The notes below the pieces were generated by a model. It saw nothing but the letters and a program-made list of their open reading frames with translations, was not told the origin of the DNA and did no database searches. Shown in pieces: positions 63,543 through 64,000 of a stretch of DNA of 64,000 bases. The translations under genes were made by a program, and so were the position numbers. The stretch comes from a virus (lineage: Duplodnaviria > Caudoviricetes), in the IMG/VR virus record IMGVR_UViG_3300038412_000083, positions 10,051 through 74,050 of that record. One strand, 5' to 3'. Numbering within the stretch: the stretch's first letter is position 1; every line of letters starts with the position of its first letter.

Positions 63543-64000
63543 AGTTTAATCATTTTTGAGTTTTGTAATGAGTACCATGTGTCAGCCTCTATTTTTTTAC
63601 CATCTACTTTTTTTGAAACGATGCTTATAATTTCAAGGTTATCATTTCTTTCAGCAAGAACGATCCATGAGCCGAGCGAAGCCTTAGCCTTATTCTTGTA
63701 ACCAACCGCAACCGAAACAGATTCTTTGGCATTAGTTTCAGCAGATGAATAGTTACTGATTGTAAATGCCGCTCCGTTGTAACCTGAATTGCTGGCCGCT
63801 CCGCCGTCACCTGAATTGCTGGCCGCTCCGCCGTCACCTGAATTGCTGGCCGCTCCGTTGTAACCTGAATTGCTGGCCGCTCCGCCGTCACCTGAATTGC
63901 TGGCCGCTCCGCTGTAACCTGAATTGCTGGCCGCTCCGCTGTAACCTGAATTGCTGGCCGCTCCGTTGTAACCTGAATTGCTGGCCGCTCCGCCGTCACC
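63539..64000 (-). CDS. DUF7666-type repeat protein, 3' part (runs off the right edge; different frame from the ORF track)
   Basis: (GAASNSGxx)n, then ...AKASLGSWIVLAE...KVDGKKIEADTWYSL; TGA overlaps the next ATG. Confidence 0.8.
   Translation of the reverse strand, partial: GDGGAASNSGYNGAASNSGYSGAASNSGYSGAASNSGDGGAASNSGYNGAASNSGDGGAASNSGDGGAASNSGYNGAAFTISNYSSAETNAKESVSVAVGYKNKAKASLGSWIVLAERNDNLEIISIVSKKVDGKKIEADTWYSLQNSKMIKL
63768..64000 (-). repeat. 8 full 27-bp tandem repeats plus partial copies, three variants (GDG, GYN, GYS)
   Basis: acctgaattgctggccgctccg + ccgtc/ttgta/ctgta. Confidence 0.95.

Noticed and set aside
63625-63999. Track ORF (MTAERPAIQV)n
   Set aside because: Alternate-frame reading of the 27-bp repeat. 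The other frame gives a recognisable C-terminal domain and an ATGA overlap with the next gene.
63768-64000. CRISPR array interpretation of the 27-bp repeats
   Set aside because: Repeats are contiguous, the 5-nt variable part recurs, the tract is in-frame coding, and no cas genes are present.
1-64000. Diversity-generating retroelement or alternative genetic code
   Set aside because: No reverse transcriptase or TR/VR pair with A-specific mismatches was seen; genes are intact and tightly coupled under code 11.

Overview
The whole window is phage DNA with no host genes. It is about 64 kb of a Bacteroidota phage (TAnnTTTG promoter boxes, no Shine-Dalgarno sites, Bacteroidota-type protein families) with a podovirus-like virion module. 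There are four blocks. (1) 1-34.8 kb, minus strand, late genes: tandem GroES-like protein, tail tube/adaptor proteins, tail stabiliser, three ejection-type proteins (one a 2990-aa polyvalent protein with ADP-ribosyltransferase-like and HExxH domains), TerS?/TerL, portal, scaffold, major capsid protein, then signal-peptide-bearing fibre, depolymerase and lipoprotein genes and holin candidates. (2) 34.9-42.8 kb, plus strand: a second tandem GroES, five glycosyltransferases plus a methyltransferase, DUF3127, a ClpP-like protein and an Acb2/Tad1-like protein. (3) 43.2-50.9 kb: a control or terminus region (parS, sigma-54-type promoter, small RNA), then a leading-region-type operon with a hammerhead ribozyme, a DNA methylase, duplicated micropeptides and a tyrosine recombinase. 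(4) 50.8-64 kb, minus strand, early/replication genes: XRE regulator, YopX, replication initiator, MT-A70 methylase, ERF. The strongest non-routine signals, all read by eye without searches, are: an integron-like array of attC-type hairpins framing phage genes as cassettes (52.7-54.7 kb); a 15-bp operator present 11 times, five copies inside an exactly spaced tripartite late promoter; a complete type I hammerhead ribozyme; a tRNA body with a structured 46-nt insert in the anticodon loop; and a host-type parS site.
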